From positions 1 through 58,790 of the IMG/VR virus record IMGVR_UViG_3300028844_003404: a DNA stretch of 58,790 nucleotides; one strand, given 5' to 3'. This document shows positions 9,199 through 18,201 of the stretch, piece by piece. The stretch comes from a virus. Taxonomy: Duplodnaviria; Caudoviricetes. Below the pieces are notes generated by a model that searched no databases, was not told the DNA's origin, and saw only the letters and a program-made list of their open reading frames with translations. Each line of letters opens with the position of its first letter. The first letter of the stretch is position 1. Made by a program: the position numbers and the translations under genes.

Positions 9199-10953
9199 TC
9201 ACCTTTCTTGTGAAATCATATTTAATATTTCTTCCATTACATCACCTTTACCTTCATTATCCCCCATGACTGTTTCAAAAATATTTTTCTTTTTAGTTAG
9301 TATATTATATATAATACCTTCTATTGTATTTTCTAATATCGGGTAATAAACTGAAACTGAGAACTTTTGTCCATATCTATACGCCCTATCTTCGGCTTGT
9401 GAATGGTCAGCAGGAACAAAAGATAGGTCATTCATTATAACTGCCTCTGCGGATGTTAGGGTTATTCCTACTCCCGCAGCTTTTAGATTACCTACAAAAA
9501 CTTTGATGTCATCATTGTTTTGAAACTCGTCTACAGATTCCTGTCTTTTAGGTTTGGTCATTTTACCGTCTAATTTAACTGACTCTTTTCCAAAATGTTC
9601 GTTTATTTTATTTAGTGTGTCTGTAAAATTTGTGAATATTATTACTTTTTTTCCTTGGTCTATTATGTTTTGAGCGATTTCTATGGTGTCCTTTATTTTT
9701 TCTTCAGCAATAACCTGACGAACCTTCATTAACTTAGAAAATTGTATTGTTAGTGAGCTCGAATCCTCTGAAGAATTATACCAGTCATAGTACTCTCCCA
9801 TCAATTTTTTATATTCTCTAGATTTTGTTCTTAAATAAACGGGGGTTATTATTTTTTCAGGTAAGTCTAAGATATCTTCCTTTAATCTTCTTAATACTTG
9901 CGGCTTTGTCCTATCTCTTAACTCTTCTAAATTAGACGCCCCTGAGACATTCCAAACTCTTTTACTACCGACACTGAATTGATACCCCGCACAATACCTT
10001 ATAGCATAAGCCATCCAATTCTCCGCCACTGGTGAATCTACTAAATCTAAAAGATTATAATAATTCATCGGTCTTGAGGTCATCGGAGTTCCCGTGAGTA
10101 ACCATACTTTTCCTATTTTGTTTGCGATGTCATTCGCTATTTTTGTTCTTTGAGCTTTTTTATTTTGAACGTAGTGTGCTTCGTCCATTACAATTAAATC
10201 AAAACCATAATTTAAAATTTCTGATTTGTCGGGGTGTTTTGGGTCGTGAAAGTTTTTCAAGATATCATAATTTATAATGGTATACTCAGAAGGTTCCCAT
10301 TTCTTACCCTCAATAATTGATATGGACTTATCCGTGTAGTTTTGTATTTCTCTTTCCCAATTAATTTTTAAAGACGCTGGACATATAATTAACACTTTTT
10401 CTATTCCCATCTCTAATGAAGCAATAACTGTTGAGGTTGTTTTTCCGAGACCCATATCATCGGCTAATATGTACTTATCATTACCCACAAGCTTTTCTAT
10501 TGATTCTTTTTGATGTGAAAGTGGAGGTCTATGTGAATATTTACTATAATCTATTTTTACTTCCCGTTGTTTGTTTTTTGTCAACGCAACCTTAGGTAAC
10601 CATATGTCTGTAAGATTTTCACTCTCAAATAACTTACCCCATATGTGGTATGACTTTTCTTTCTCCACCAATAATTTTTCCACATAAATTTTTTCGGGCC
10701 TCTTTGGTAGTAGTTTGTCGTTCATTAACTTTTGACCAAAGTAACTATCAAGTTCAACCCATCTTCTCGCAACTTTGGGGGTTGTGTCTTTAAATTTAAT
10801 TATGTAGTCCGCTTGAGCTCGAGTAAGTTTAAAATGATTAAACTTTTTCATTTTATCCTGTAAACGGATAATATAATTATTATACCCCTCGTACTTCTCT
10901 AAAATACGAAGAGCTCTCACTTCAGGTAAGCTATTTAATGTTTTATTTTCCAA
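9199..10953 (-). CDS. SNF2-family (HARP/SMARCAL1-like) helicase/translocase
   Basis: ILADDMGLGKT, DEAH, LTGTP, AAGVGITLT, QAEDRAYRYGQ. Start uncertain (TTG 10953 preferred; track gives TTG 10983). Confidence 0.9.
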   Translation of the reverse strand: MENKTLNSLPEVRALRILEKYEGYNNYIIRLQDKMKKFNHFKLTRAQADYIIKFKDTTPKVARRWVELDSYFGQKLMNDKLLPKRPEKIYVEKLLVEKEKSYHIWGKLFESENLTDIWLPKVALTKNKQREVKIDYSKYSHRPPLSHQKESIEKLVGNDKYILADDMGLGKTTSTVIASLEMGIEKVLIICPASLKINWEREIQNYTDKSISIIEGKKWEPSEYTIINYDILKNFHDPKHPDKSEILNYGFDLIVMDEAHYVQNKKAQRTKIANDIANKIGKVWLLTGTPMTSRPMNYYNLLDLVDSPVAENWMAYAIRYCAGYQFSVGSKRVWNVSGASNLEELRDRTKPQVLRRLKEDILDLPEKIITPVYLRTKSREYKKLMGEYYDWYNSSEDSSSLTIQFSKLMKVRQVIAEEKIKDTIEIAQNIIDQGKKVIIFTNFTDTLNKINEHFGKESVKLDGKMTKPKRQESVDEFQNNDDIKVFVGNLKAAGVGITLTSAEAVIMNDLSFVPADHSQAEDRAYRYGQKFSVSVYYPILENTIEGIIYNILTKKKNIFETVMGDNEGKGDVMEEILNMISQER

Positions 10954-10992
10954 AAGTCGACTAAATACACTTAAATATAACAAATAACTTAA

Positions 10993-10999
10993 TATTTAT
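10993..10999 (+). promoter_or_regulatory. TATTTAT late-promoter-like motif
   Basis: Ends 5 nt before ATG 11005 in the divergent intergenic region. Confidence 0.55.
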
Positions 11000-11004
11000 C
11001 AATA

Positions 11005-11520
11005 ATGAGTAATAGAAAGGTTCCAATTACAAGATTAGAAAAGTTTTTCGGAGCGGAAGACTTTGAGTTAGATATCGCAATGGGTCGAGAATGGCTTGAG
11101 GGTGATATGAACTTTAGGTTGGTTTTATATAGAATCGACCAACAAAAAACTGTAACTGATGATGTTTACGGCGAAACCGTAGAAGATGGTGTCAAGTTTC
11201 ATCCTCCTGTTGAGTTTAGGGGGTACGTCCAAATAGAACAACCTGAAAATCAAAATTACGGCAATAGTAATATGACACAAATGGAACCTGGTAATTTAAA
11301 AGTCGGTGTATATCAAACTACTTTAGATGAATTAGAAATAGATATTAATTATGGAGATTATATAGGTTACTATGAAACTGAATCTCGTGTTAGGTACTAC
11401 TCGGTATCTAATGACGGGAGAGTCACGAGTGATAATAAACATACTTATGGTGGTTACAAACCCTATTATAGGTCAATTACAGCATCACCTGTTAGTGAAA
11501 ATGAATTTAGAGGATTATGA
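11005..11520 (+). CDS. head closure / neck protein (T4 gp14-like)
   Basis: VLYRID...DDVYGE...F.PPVE..GY and GDYI pattern; lies upstream of tail terminator and sheath genes. Confidence 0.6.
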   Translation: MSNRKVPITRLEKFFGAEDFELDIAMGREWLEGDMNFRLVLYRIDQQKTVTDDVYGETVEDGVKFHPPVEFRGYVQIEQPENQNYGNSNMTQMEPGNLKVGVYQTTLDELEIDINYGDYIGYYETESRVRYYSVSNDGRVTSDNKHTYGGYKPYYRSITASPVSENEFRGL

Positions 11521-11990
11521 AAAGTTATCTGATAAAAGAAATAAATAAAATGAAGACCCAAATGGGGTTGGTTGTTGAACAGGAGGAAGAGTTAACCCCT
11601 GAGGATTTAACTGGCTTAAGGGTTATGGTGTATTATAACTTACATAAACATACATTTTCCGTAACTTATGGTGGAAAAGTAATATTATACGCCGATTATG
11701 TTAAATTAAGAAATGTGGAGTTTAGGGTAAGAAAGGGGGGTCAAGACAAAGTAAGACAGGAAATGAGAAAGAACGTACATGCTTTTGTTATTGGTAACTT
11801 AGTCGACTACTGTCAATTTCCTTGTGAAGAAATGCCTGAGGAAACTAATGATAACGTAATTACATATAACCCATACAAATATGATTCATTCGTTAAAAAA
11901 GATAGTGAAGAACCGATTTATAATGCAAATGAGATTGATATGATTAACACCCGAAATAAAATCTTCCATATAAATGAGATAGTAAACTAA
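11517..11990 (+). CDS. hypothetical phage protein with I/L-x-E leader
   Basis: 157 aa; leader LIKEINKMKTQMGLVVEQEE, core VYYNLHKHTFSV...RKNVHAFVIG...YNPYK; ATGA overlap with upstream gene. Confidence 0.75.
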   Translation: MKSYLIKEINKMKTQMGLVVEQEEELTPEDLTGLRVMVYYNLHKHTFSVTYGGKVILYADYVKLRNVEFRVRKGGQDKVRQEMRKNVHAFVIGNLVDYCQFPCEEMPEETNDNVITYNPYKYDSFVKKDSEEPIYNANEIDMINTRNKIFHINEIVN

Positions 11991-13039
11991 TGGCCTTTCC
12001 TAAAAAAATAAAAAAACATCTACCTTTAACTCCCGATAAAATTTTATTAGAGAGAAGAGAGCAGTTATTAGAATATATTCAAAAAGACGGTACATATCTA
12101 CCTAAGAGTGTTTTACATGCTGATTTAGATAGAGGTATGTTAGATTTTGTTAAGAACGATTTAGAAATGACTGCAGAGGGTAAAAAAGTTAATCCTGTCG
12201 ATATTATTATTACAACTCAAAACTGGTCACAGTTTGCAGAAACTTGGGATTTTCAAAATTTAGATAAGAATATAAAACCTCCATTTATTGCTACTGTAAG
12301 AAATCCAGACGTTAAGTATGGTACAAACCCTTCACTACAATACACTATACCAAACAGAAAACAATTTTATTACGCCAAGGTTCCAACGTGGGACGGACAA
12401 AGAAAAGGGATGGACATTTATAAAATTCCACAACCCGTACCTGTAGATATTACGTATAACATAAAAATATTTTGTACTAAAATGCGTCACTTGAATGAGT
12501 TTAACAAATTAGTTTTACAAAAGTTCTCTTCAAGACAGGCGTATACATTTGTTAAGGGTCATTATGTACCTATTATTTTAAATGGTATATCTGATGAGTC
12601 AGTTTTAGATATTGAAAAAAGAAAGTATTATGTTCAAAACTATGAGTTTTTAATGATGGGGTTTTTGATTGATGAAGAAGAGTTCCAAGTTTCTCCAGCT
12701 ATTAGTAGAGCGTTAACCTTGTATGAAGTAGAAGAGGGGTCACAGTCAAGAAGAGCTAGAAAAACTCCACCTAATCCTCAAAATTTTGACATAGATATTT
12801 TATTTATGTCAGGAATTAATAGTTTGTCCGAAAAATATCCGTACACTATAGACTTAACTTTTTTGGAGACAGATAACGTCGATGAGTTTTCAGTATACAT
12901 TAATGACAATTATATGGGAGAGGATTTAAGTTCTATACAGGTTAATACTAATGACGTTATTAGATTTGACGTTGTTAAAATAGATGACAATAAAGAATCT
13001 ATAATTAAATCAAAGGCCCACATACCCTACAGTAATTAA
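11990..13039 (+). CDS. tail terminator / sheath stabiliser (T4 gp15-like) with C-terminal extension
   Basis: PQPVPVDITYNIKIF...NEFNKLVLQKF motif; position between neck and sheath genes. Confidence 0.6.
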   Translation: MAFPKKIKKHLPLTPDKILLERREQLLEYIQKDGTYLPKSVLHADLDRGMLDFVKNDLEMTAEGKKVNPVDIIITTQNWSQFAETWDFQNLDKNIKPPFIATVRNPDVKYGTNPSLQYTIPNRKQFYYAKVPTWDGQRKGMDIYKIPQPVPVDITYNIKIFCTKMRHLNEFNKLVLQKFSSRQAYTFVKGHYVPIILNGISDESVLDIEKRKYYVQNYEFLMMGFLIDEEEFQVSPAISRALTLYEVEEGSQSRRARKTPPNPQNFDIDILFMSGINSLSEKYPYTIDLTFLETDNVDEFSVYINDNYMGEDLSSIQVNTNDVIRFDVVKIDDNKESIIKSKAHIPYSN

Positions 13040-13189
13040 TTACTCACCATATATATCAATATCTTCTTTACAATTTTCTTCAATAAGTTTTTCAATAAAC
13101 TTAAACATTTTTAACCCGTTTATTTGACAGTGTTTTTTTAACATATCATGAGACTCTTCAGATATTTTTAAATTCTTTATTTTTGTCAT
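13040..13189 (-). CDS. 49-aa ribbon-helix-helix-like DNA-binding protein (absent from ORF track)
   Basis: Hand translation: MTKIKNLKISEESHDMLKKHCQINGLKMFKFIEKLIEENCKEDIDIYGE*; beta strand KNLKIS, helix, G turn, helix as in CopG/MetJ-type RHH. Confidence 0.7.
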   Translation of the reverse strand: MTKIKNLKISEESHDMLKKHCQINGLKMFKFIEKLIEENCKEDIDIYGE

Positions 13190-13288
13190 TTAAAAAAGGT
13201 TTTTAAAAAGGTAGAAAAAAGTGAGAAATTTTTCATACTATCAAATAAATATAACGCCATAACATTTGTCGTTTGGTTTTTTCTATAA

Positions 13289-13295
13289 TATTTAT
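13289..13295 (+). promoter_or_regulatory. TATTTAT late-promoter-like motif for sheath gene
   Basis: TATTTATC followed by a 32-nt A-rich leader to ATG 13328. Confidence 0.6.
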
Positions 13296-13327
13296 CAATA
13301 AAATAAATAAAAAGAAAATTAATTAAC

Positions 13328-14863
13328 ATGGCAGCAGAAAAAGTATTCGTATCTCCAGGTGTATACACATCAGAAAGAGATTTAAGTTTTGTGGCTCAAA
13401 GCGTCGGTGTAACGACTTTAGGGGTCGTCGGTGAAACCTTATCAGGTCCGGCGTTTGAACCTATCTTCATAACAAACTTTGATGAGTTTACCGCATTTTT
13501 TGGAGGAACAGAACCAACTAAATTTGTAAACACACAAATTCCGAAATATGAGGCGGCATATATAGCCAAAGCCTATTTACAACAATCAAATCAACTTTTT
13601 GTAACTCGTGTCTTAGGTTTATCAGGGTATGATGCTGGTCCGTCATGGTCAATATCAACAGTAGGTAATGTAAATAAGTCATTGGTCACCCCTGAAAGTT
13701 CTGACGGTATTGCATATACAATAAGTTTTAGTGGTGTTTCAGGAACTAGTAGTTCAACGGAGATTACTGATTTTAGTAATTTACCTTTATCAATAAAAAA
13801 TGTATTCGGTTTACCTTATACCACATTTTCAGGTGGACAATCCACATTACAGTCCGACTTTGAGTCTGCAGCTTATCAAAATATTGTTAACCCTACTGAC
13901 TCAGGTACAACTGCATTTATATTTGGTACTGTTAGTGGAAATACTTATGACTCAATAACTGGTGCTTCGGGAACATGGGTAAGTTCAACTAATGTATTGG
14001 GTGTTGATGGTCTTACCATTGATACTGCAGATTTTGAAGCGTCTGAAAATGATTCATGGTATTACGCATTGTTCCCATATAATAGTGGTACAGGTCAATA
14101 CAGTGGTGTTGGTTTTGGTTTAGCGATTACAGGGTTAACAAATACTACAGGTAATAATTATACAGGTGAGGGAGTCGTGTACACTACAACATACACGGGA
14201 ACACCGATTACTGATTACCATAATATGGTTGTTAGTACACTAAGGTCAAGAGGAATTTCAACGAATAGTGATTCTAATAATCCAAATTACGAAGTTTCAG
14301 GATTAACTAATGTAGAACTTAATTCTACAGGTGTGTACTCAGGTATAACCAATAATCCATTCGCTAATTTCCAAATTTCAGGTATAACAAACGATTCAGA
14401 GATATTCACATTCAATACCTCACTTAGTTTAACTGACCCTAACTTCATAACTAAAGTTTTAGGTCAAAGTAATTTTTCTAAACCAAAAAATGAGGTTCCA
14501 TTATTTGTTGAGGAAATTTATTATAACTTATTAAATACAGGATATAAGGAAGGTAAGATTAGAGGATTAAATACTACCTTGTTAGATTTACAAAGTGCTA
14601 GAGGAGATGTTGATAATACAGGTATCGGATGGTACTTAGATAGATATCAAACCCCATCGACACCATATTTAGTTTCAGAATTAAGAGGTAACGAGGTTTC
14701 TGACTTATTCAGAGTTATTTCAATCTCAGATGGTAACTCGGCGAATAGAGAGATTAAAGTCTCTATCATGAATATATCGTTTAATAACTTAACTTTTGAC
14801 GTTGTTGTAAGAAGTTTTTATGACACTGAGTCTAACCCAGTTGTTTTAGAGAAAGGATTTTGA
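13328..14863 (+). CDS. tail sheath protein, N-terminal part (frame broken at 14858-14863)
   Basis: Begins FVSPGVYTSERDLS...GPAFEPIFITNFDEF, the canonical sheath N-terminus; ends VVLEKGF*. Confidence 0.9.
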   Translation: MAAEKVFVSPGVYTSERDLSFVAQSVGVTTLGVVGETLSGPAFEPIFITNFDEFTAFFGGTEPTKFVNTQIPKYEAAYIAKAYLQQSNQLFVTRVLGLSGYDAGPSWSISTVGNVNKSLVTPESSDGIAYTISFSGVSGTSSSTEITDFSNLPLSIKNVFGLPYTTFSGGQSTLQSDFESAAYQNIVNPTDSGTTAFIFGTVSGNTYDSITGASGTWVSSTNVLGVDGLTIDTADFEASENDSWYYALFPYNSGTGQYSGVGFGLAITGLTNTTGNNYTGEGVVYTTTYTGTPITDYHNMVVSTLRSRGISTNSDSNNPNYEVSGLTNVELNSTGVYSGITNNPFANFQISGITNDSEIFTFNTSLSLTDPNFITKVLGQSNFSKPKNEVPLFVEEIYYNLLNTGYKEGKIRGLNTTLLDLQSARGDVDNTGIGWYLDRYQTPSTPYLVSELRGNEVSDLFRVISISDGNSANREIKVSIMNISFNNLTFDVVVRSFYDTESNPVVLEKGF

Positions 14864-14882
14864 GTTAAAGTCAAGGTATATT

Positions 14883-16445
14883 ATGTTAGAAGTAAATGAA
14901 GAGGCTCCGTCTGACTCATTACCGTGTGGATTTAAAGGATACCAAACTAGACAGTACAGTAGTTATAAATCACCACACTTACTTTATAAGACTAAGTATG
15001 ATACCCCAGGTGAGGTGTTGTTTAACCCACCTTTTGGGTCGTCTAATGGTGATAACTTAACAAGAAGTGCGGGTGACAACCCAAGAAGAGTTTTCTTAGG
15101 TGTGTCAAATACGGTCGGAATTGATGTTGATTTTACATCATATAAAGGTAAACAAAACCCGACTAACTTAGGAACCGCAACTGAATCTTCACCATGGGCT
15201 GAATTAACAAAAGGTTTTCACATGGATTCAGGGGCTACTGTAGTCCTAATACCACCAACATATGTAACTTCAGGTGAAACGGCTTTTGAAGTTGGTGATG
15301 CGTCCTTCGATAGTGAACCTAATGAAGATAGTCCATATTATAGATTAAATTCTCGTAAATTTACATTAGTACCTACGGGAGGATTTGATGGTTGGGATGT
15401 CTATCGTGAGTCACGTACTAATGGAGATACATTTATATTAGGTAATAATGGATATTTACGTGGAGCGGCACCTTCAGTTAGATTCCCAAGTGCAACAGGA
15501 TGGGGAGCGTTTAAGACAATTGTTGGTCCAGATAAACAGGATTGGGGTAATACTGACTATTACGCATACTTATGGGGTCAGTGGACATTTGTTAACCCTG
15601 AAGCAGTAAACATTAACGTGTTTACTACTACAGGTATCGATTATGTTAATAACTCAAACTTAGTGGAGGAAGCAATTGATATGATTGAAACAGATAGGGC
15701 AGACTCAATTTATATATGTACTACACCTGATTATAATATGTTCGTTAATACTACATCTAATTTTACAACTGACTTTATTTACCCACAAGAAGCTACCGAA
15801 AACTTAGAAGATACTGGAATTGACTCTAACTACACGGCAACTTATTACCCATGGATTCTTACAAGAGATACAGTAAATAATACACAAATTTACTTACCAC
15901 CTACCGCTGAAGTTGTTAGAAACTTAGCGTTAACAGATAACATATCATTCCCTTGGTTCGCGTCCGCGGGTTATACAAGAGGTTTAGTAAATGGTATCAA
16001 AGCTCGTAAGAAACTAACTCAAGATGATAGAGACATACTATATAAAGGTAGAATAAACCCAATAGCAACCTTCTCAGATGTAGGTACGGTAATTTGGGGT
16101 AATAAAACTACTCAGGTTAAGCAGTCGGCACTCGACAGAATCAATGTTAGAAGATTGCTATTACAAGCTCGTAAATTAATTTCAGCAGTGGCGGTTAGAC
16201 TGTTGTTCGAACAAAATGACGACCAAGTAAGACAAGAGTTCTTAGATTCAGTAAATCCAATCTTAGACTCAATAAGAAGAGATAGAGGTTTAATAGATTT
16301 TAGAGTTGTGGTTCAAAACACTCCTGAAGATTTAGATAACAATACACTTGTAGGTAAAATTTATTTAAAACCAACAAGGGCTCTTGAATTCATCGATATA
16401 GAATTCTTAATTACTCCAACAGGAGCATCATTTGAAGATATCTGA
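14883..16445 (+). CDS. tail sheath protein, C-terminal part
   Basis: TYYPW, PWFASAGYTRG, INPIATF, WGNKT, RINVRRLL, FEQND, KPTRALEFIDIEF; this frame (+1 relative to the upstream part) is open from 14850. Confidence 0.9.
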   Translation: MLEVNEEAPSDSLPCGFKGYQTRQYSSYKSPHLLYKTKYDTPGEVLFNPPFGSSNGDNLTRSAGDNPRRVFLGVSNTVGIDVDFTSYKGKQNPTNLGTATESSPWAELTKGFHMDSGATVVLIPPTYVTSGETAFEVGDASFDSEPNEDSPYYRLNSRKFTLVPTGGFDGWDVYRESRTNGDTFILGNNGYLRGAAPSVRFPSATGWGAFKTIVGPDKQDWGNTDYYAYLWGQWTFVNPEAVNINVFTTTGIDYVNNSNLVEEAIDMIETDRADSIYICTTPDYNMFVNTTSNFTTDFIYPQEATENLEDTGIDSNYTATYYPWILTRDTVNNTQIYLPPTAEVVRNLALTDNISFPWFASAGYTRGLVNGIKARKKLTQDDRDILYKGRINPIATFSDVGTVIWGNKTTQVKQSALDRINVRRLLLQARKLISAVAVRLLFEQNDDQVRQEFLDSVNPILDSIRRDRGLIDFRVVVQNTPEDLDNNTLVGKIYLKPTRALEFIDIEFLITPTGASFEDI

Positions 16446-16453
16446 TATTTATT

Positions 16454-16485
16454 AAATGGGGGGTACAAAAGTATCCCCCATTTTT
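16454..16485 (+). terminator. intrinsic terminator-like hairpin after sheath
   Basis: AAATGGGGG-GTAC-AAAA-GTAT-CCCCCATTT-TT; immediately preceded by TATTTAT at 16446-16452. Confidence 0.7.
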
Positions 16486-16519
16486 AACCATATAACTAAA
16501 CGTTTAATAAAATAAAAAA

Positions 16520-16657
16520 ATGGAATTTAAAAAAAAATTACTAAGAGAGTCATTACAAATTGATAGTAATGGAGTTAAGACTTATTCTGACAAATCACAA
16601 AGTATTGTTTTGACAGAATCACAATTAGAGAGATTAATTGAAAATTTAAACGATTAA
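16520..16657 (+). CDS. 45-aa protein with L-x-E motifs (absent from ORF track)
   Basis: Hand translation: MEFKKKLLRESLQIDSNGVKTYSDKSQSIVLTESQLERLIENLND*; A-rich leader, ends 5 nt before next ATG. Confidence 0.7.
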   Translation: MEFKKKLLRESLQIDSNGVKTYSDKSQSIVLTESQLERLIENLND

Positions 16658-16662
16658 AATAC

Positions 16663-17514
16663 ATGAGTCTTAAAAGTATTATACATCGAAGTCTTAATAA
16701 TTTACTTATAAGTGAAGGTATCGAAGAAGGTCAACCTGATTTAAAGTATTATGCTTTTGATTGGGATGATAATATTGTCGTTATGCCGACACAAATAATT
16801 TTAAAAACCGATGAAGGTAATGAGATAGGTATGTCTACTGAAGATTTTGCAGAGTATCGACAAAACATTGGTGTAGAACCTTTTGAATATAAAAACGAGA
16901 CTGTTGTAGGTTATTCTGAAAACCCCTACCGTAATTTTGGAGTCGATGGTGATAAAAAGTTTATAGTGGATTCTTTATTAGCATCTCCAGGACCTTCATG
17001 GAATGATTTTGTGGAGTGTATTAATGGAGGTTCTATATTTGCAATTATTACAGCTAGAGGTCATACACCATCAGTATTAAGAGACTCAATTTATAATCTT
17101 ATAGTTACAAATCATAATGGAATAGACTCAAGTAAGTTAATAGAGAACCTAAAAAAGTATCGAGACTTATCAGGTGAGGTCATGAAAGACGACCAACTTT
17201 TAATAAAAGAATATTTAGATATGAATAAATATTATCCTGTTACTTATGGTGAGGGTTCAGCTTCTAATCCTGAAGAAGGTAAAATAAAAGCGTTAAGAGA
17301 ATTTATTAATTACGTTAAATATCAAAGCCAAAAACTAGGTAAAAAAGTATCATTTACTAATGATGTGACTAATAACTTCATACCACAAATAGGATTTTCT
17401 GATGACGACCCAGGAAATATAGACTCTATAAAATCATTTTTAGATAAAGAATATAAAGATGAAAGCCCAGTAAAAACTTATTTAACTAAAGGAGGTGAAA
17501 AAAAAGAAGTTTAA
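16663..17514 (+). CDS. HAD-superfamily phosphatase-like protein
   Basis: Motif I FDWDDN, motif II IITARGH, motif III Lys (EEGK), motif IV GFSDDD. Confidence 0.75.
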   Translation: MSLKSIIHRSLNNLLISEGIEEGQPDLKYYAFDWDDNIVVMPTQIILKTDEGNEIGMSTEDFAEYRQNIGVEPFEYKNETVVGYSENPYRNFGVDGDKKFIVDSLLASPGPSWNDFVECINGGSIFAIITARGHTPSVLRDSIYNLIVTNHNGIDSSKLIENLKKYRDLSGEVMKDDQLLIKEYLDMNKYYPVTYGEGSASNPEEGKIKALREFINYVKYQSQKLGKKVSFTNDVTNNFIPQIGFSDDDPGNIDSIKSFLDKEYKDESPVKTYLTKGGEKKEV

Positions 17515-17592
17515 AAATAATAGTTTCTAATCTCTAGTTAAGGATTTTACAATTAAAAAAGTAAAAGTAAAGAGAAAAAAGTTTAACACTGA

Positions 17593-17600
17593 TATTTATA
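17593..17600 (+). promoter_or_regulatory. TATTTATA late-promoter-like motif for tube gene
   Basis: 35 nt upstream of ATG 17636, A-rich leader. Confidence 0.6.
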
Positions 17601-17635
17601 ATAAAATAAACAACGAAATTTAAAACCAAAATACA

Positions 17636-18124
17636 ATGGCTGATTTATTAATGAAAATGCCCGTACCGTATGAACCAAAAAGAAAAAATAGATTTGTTCT
17701 AAGTTTTCCTTCATCATTGGGTATTAACTCTTGGTATGTTGAGTCCACATCTAGACCTAACGTCCAAATTAACGCAACTGAGATTCCTTTCTTAAACACA
17801 TCAACTTATGTTGCTGGTAGATTTACTTGGAATACGATAAACGTGACGTTTAGAGACCCCATTGGTCCATCGGCAGCACAGGCCTTAATGGAATGGGTTA
17901 GATTAACCTCAGAGTCTGTAACAGGTCGTATGGGATACGCTGCTGGTTATAAGAAAGACTTAGACCTTGAAATGTTAGACCCCACAGGAGTTGCAGTTGA
18001 AAAATGGATTCTACAGGGTACTTTCTTAACTGACGTTAATTTCGATAGTTTGGGTTATAGTGATGATGCATTGGCAACAATTTCGGCAACATTACGTCCT
18101 GATAGATGTATTTTGGTTTACTAA
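17636..18124 (+). CDS. tail tube protein (T4 gp19-like)
   Basis: 162 aa; EPKRKNRF, YVAGRFTWNTINVTFRD, YKKDLDLEMLDPTG..VEKWIL.G; follows sheath. Confidence 0.9.
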   Translation: MADLLMKMPVPYEPKRKNRFVLSFPSSLGINSWYVESTSRPNVQINATEIPFLNTSTYVAGRFTWNTINVTFRDPIGPSAAQALMEWVRLTSESVTGRMGYAAGYKKDLDLEMLDPTGVAVEKWILQGTFLTDVNFDSLGYSDDALATISATLRPDRCILVY

Positions 18125-18158
18125 TACTATTGAAAATAAAATAATATTTATTATAATT

Positions 18159-18192
18159 AACCATAGGGTTCATTCCCTATGGTTTTTTTTTA
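18159..18192 (+). terminator. intrinsic terminator after tube gene
   Basis: AACCATAGGG-ttcatt-CCCTATGGTT followed by a T run. Confidence 0.8.
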
Positions 18193-18201
18193 TGTAAAAA
18201 T

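Noticed and set aside
13186-13368. 60-aa minus-strand ORF from the track
   Set aside because: Overlaps the sheath start and its AT-rich promoter; low-complexity product. The credible minus-strand gene is 13040-13189.
14864-14882. Self-splicing intron in the sheath gene
   Set aside because: Only 19 nt separate the ORFs and they code plausibly in the downstream frame; no room for an intron.
14861-14899. TGA read-through or recoding as the explanation of the split sheath
   Set aside because: The same frame stops again at 14897-14899, the C-terminal half is in another frame, and TGA ends many other genes normally.
17515-17635. tRNA or ncRNA in the larger intergenic gaps
   Set aside because: A-rich, no cloverleaf or stable stem visible; explained as promoter and leader of the tube gene.
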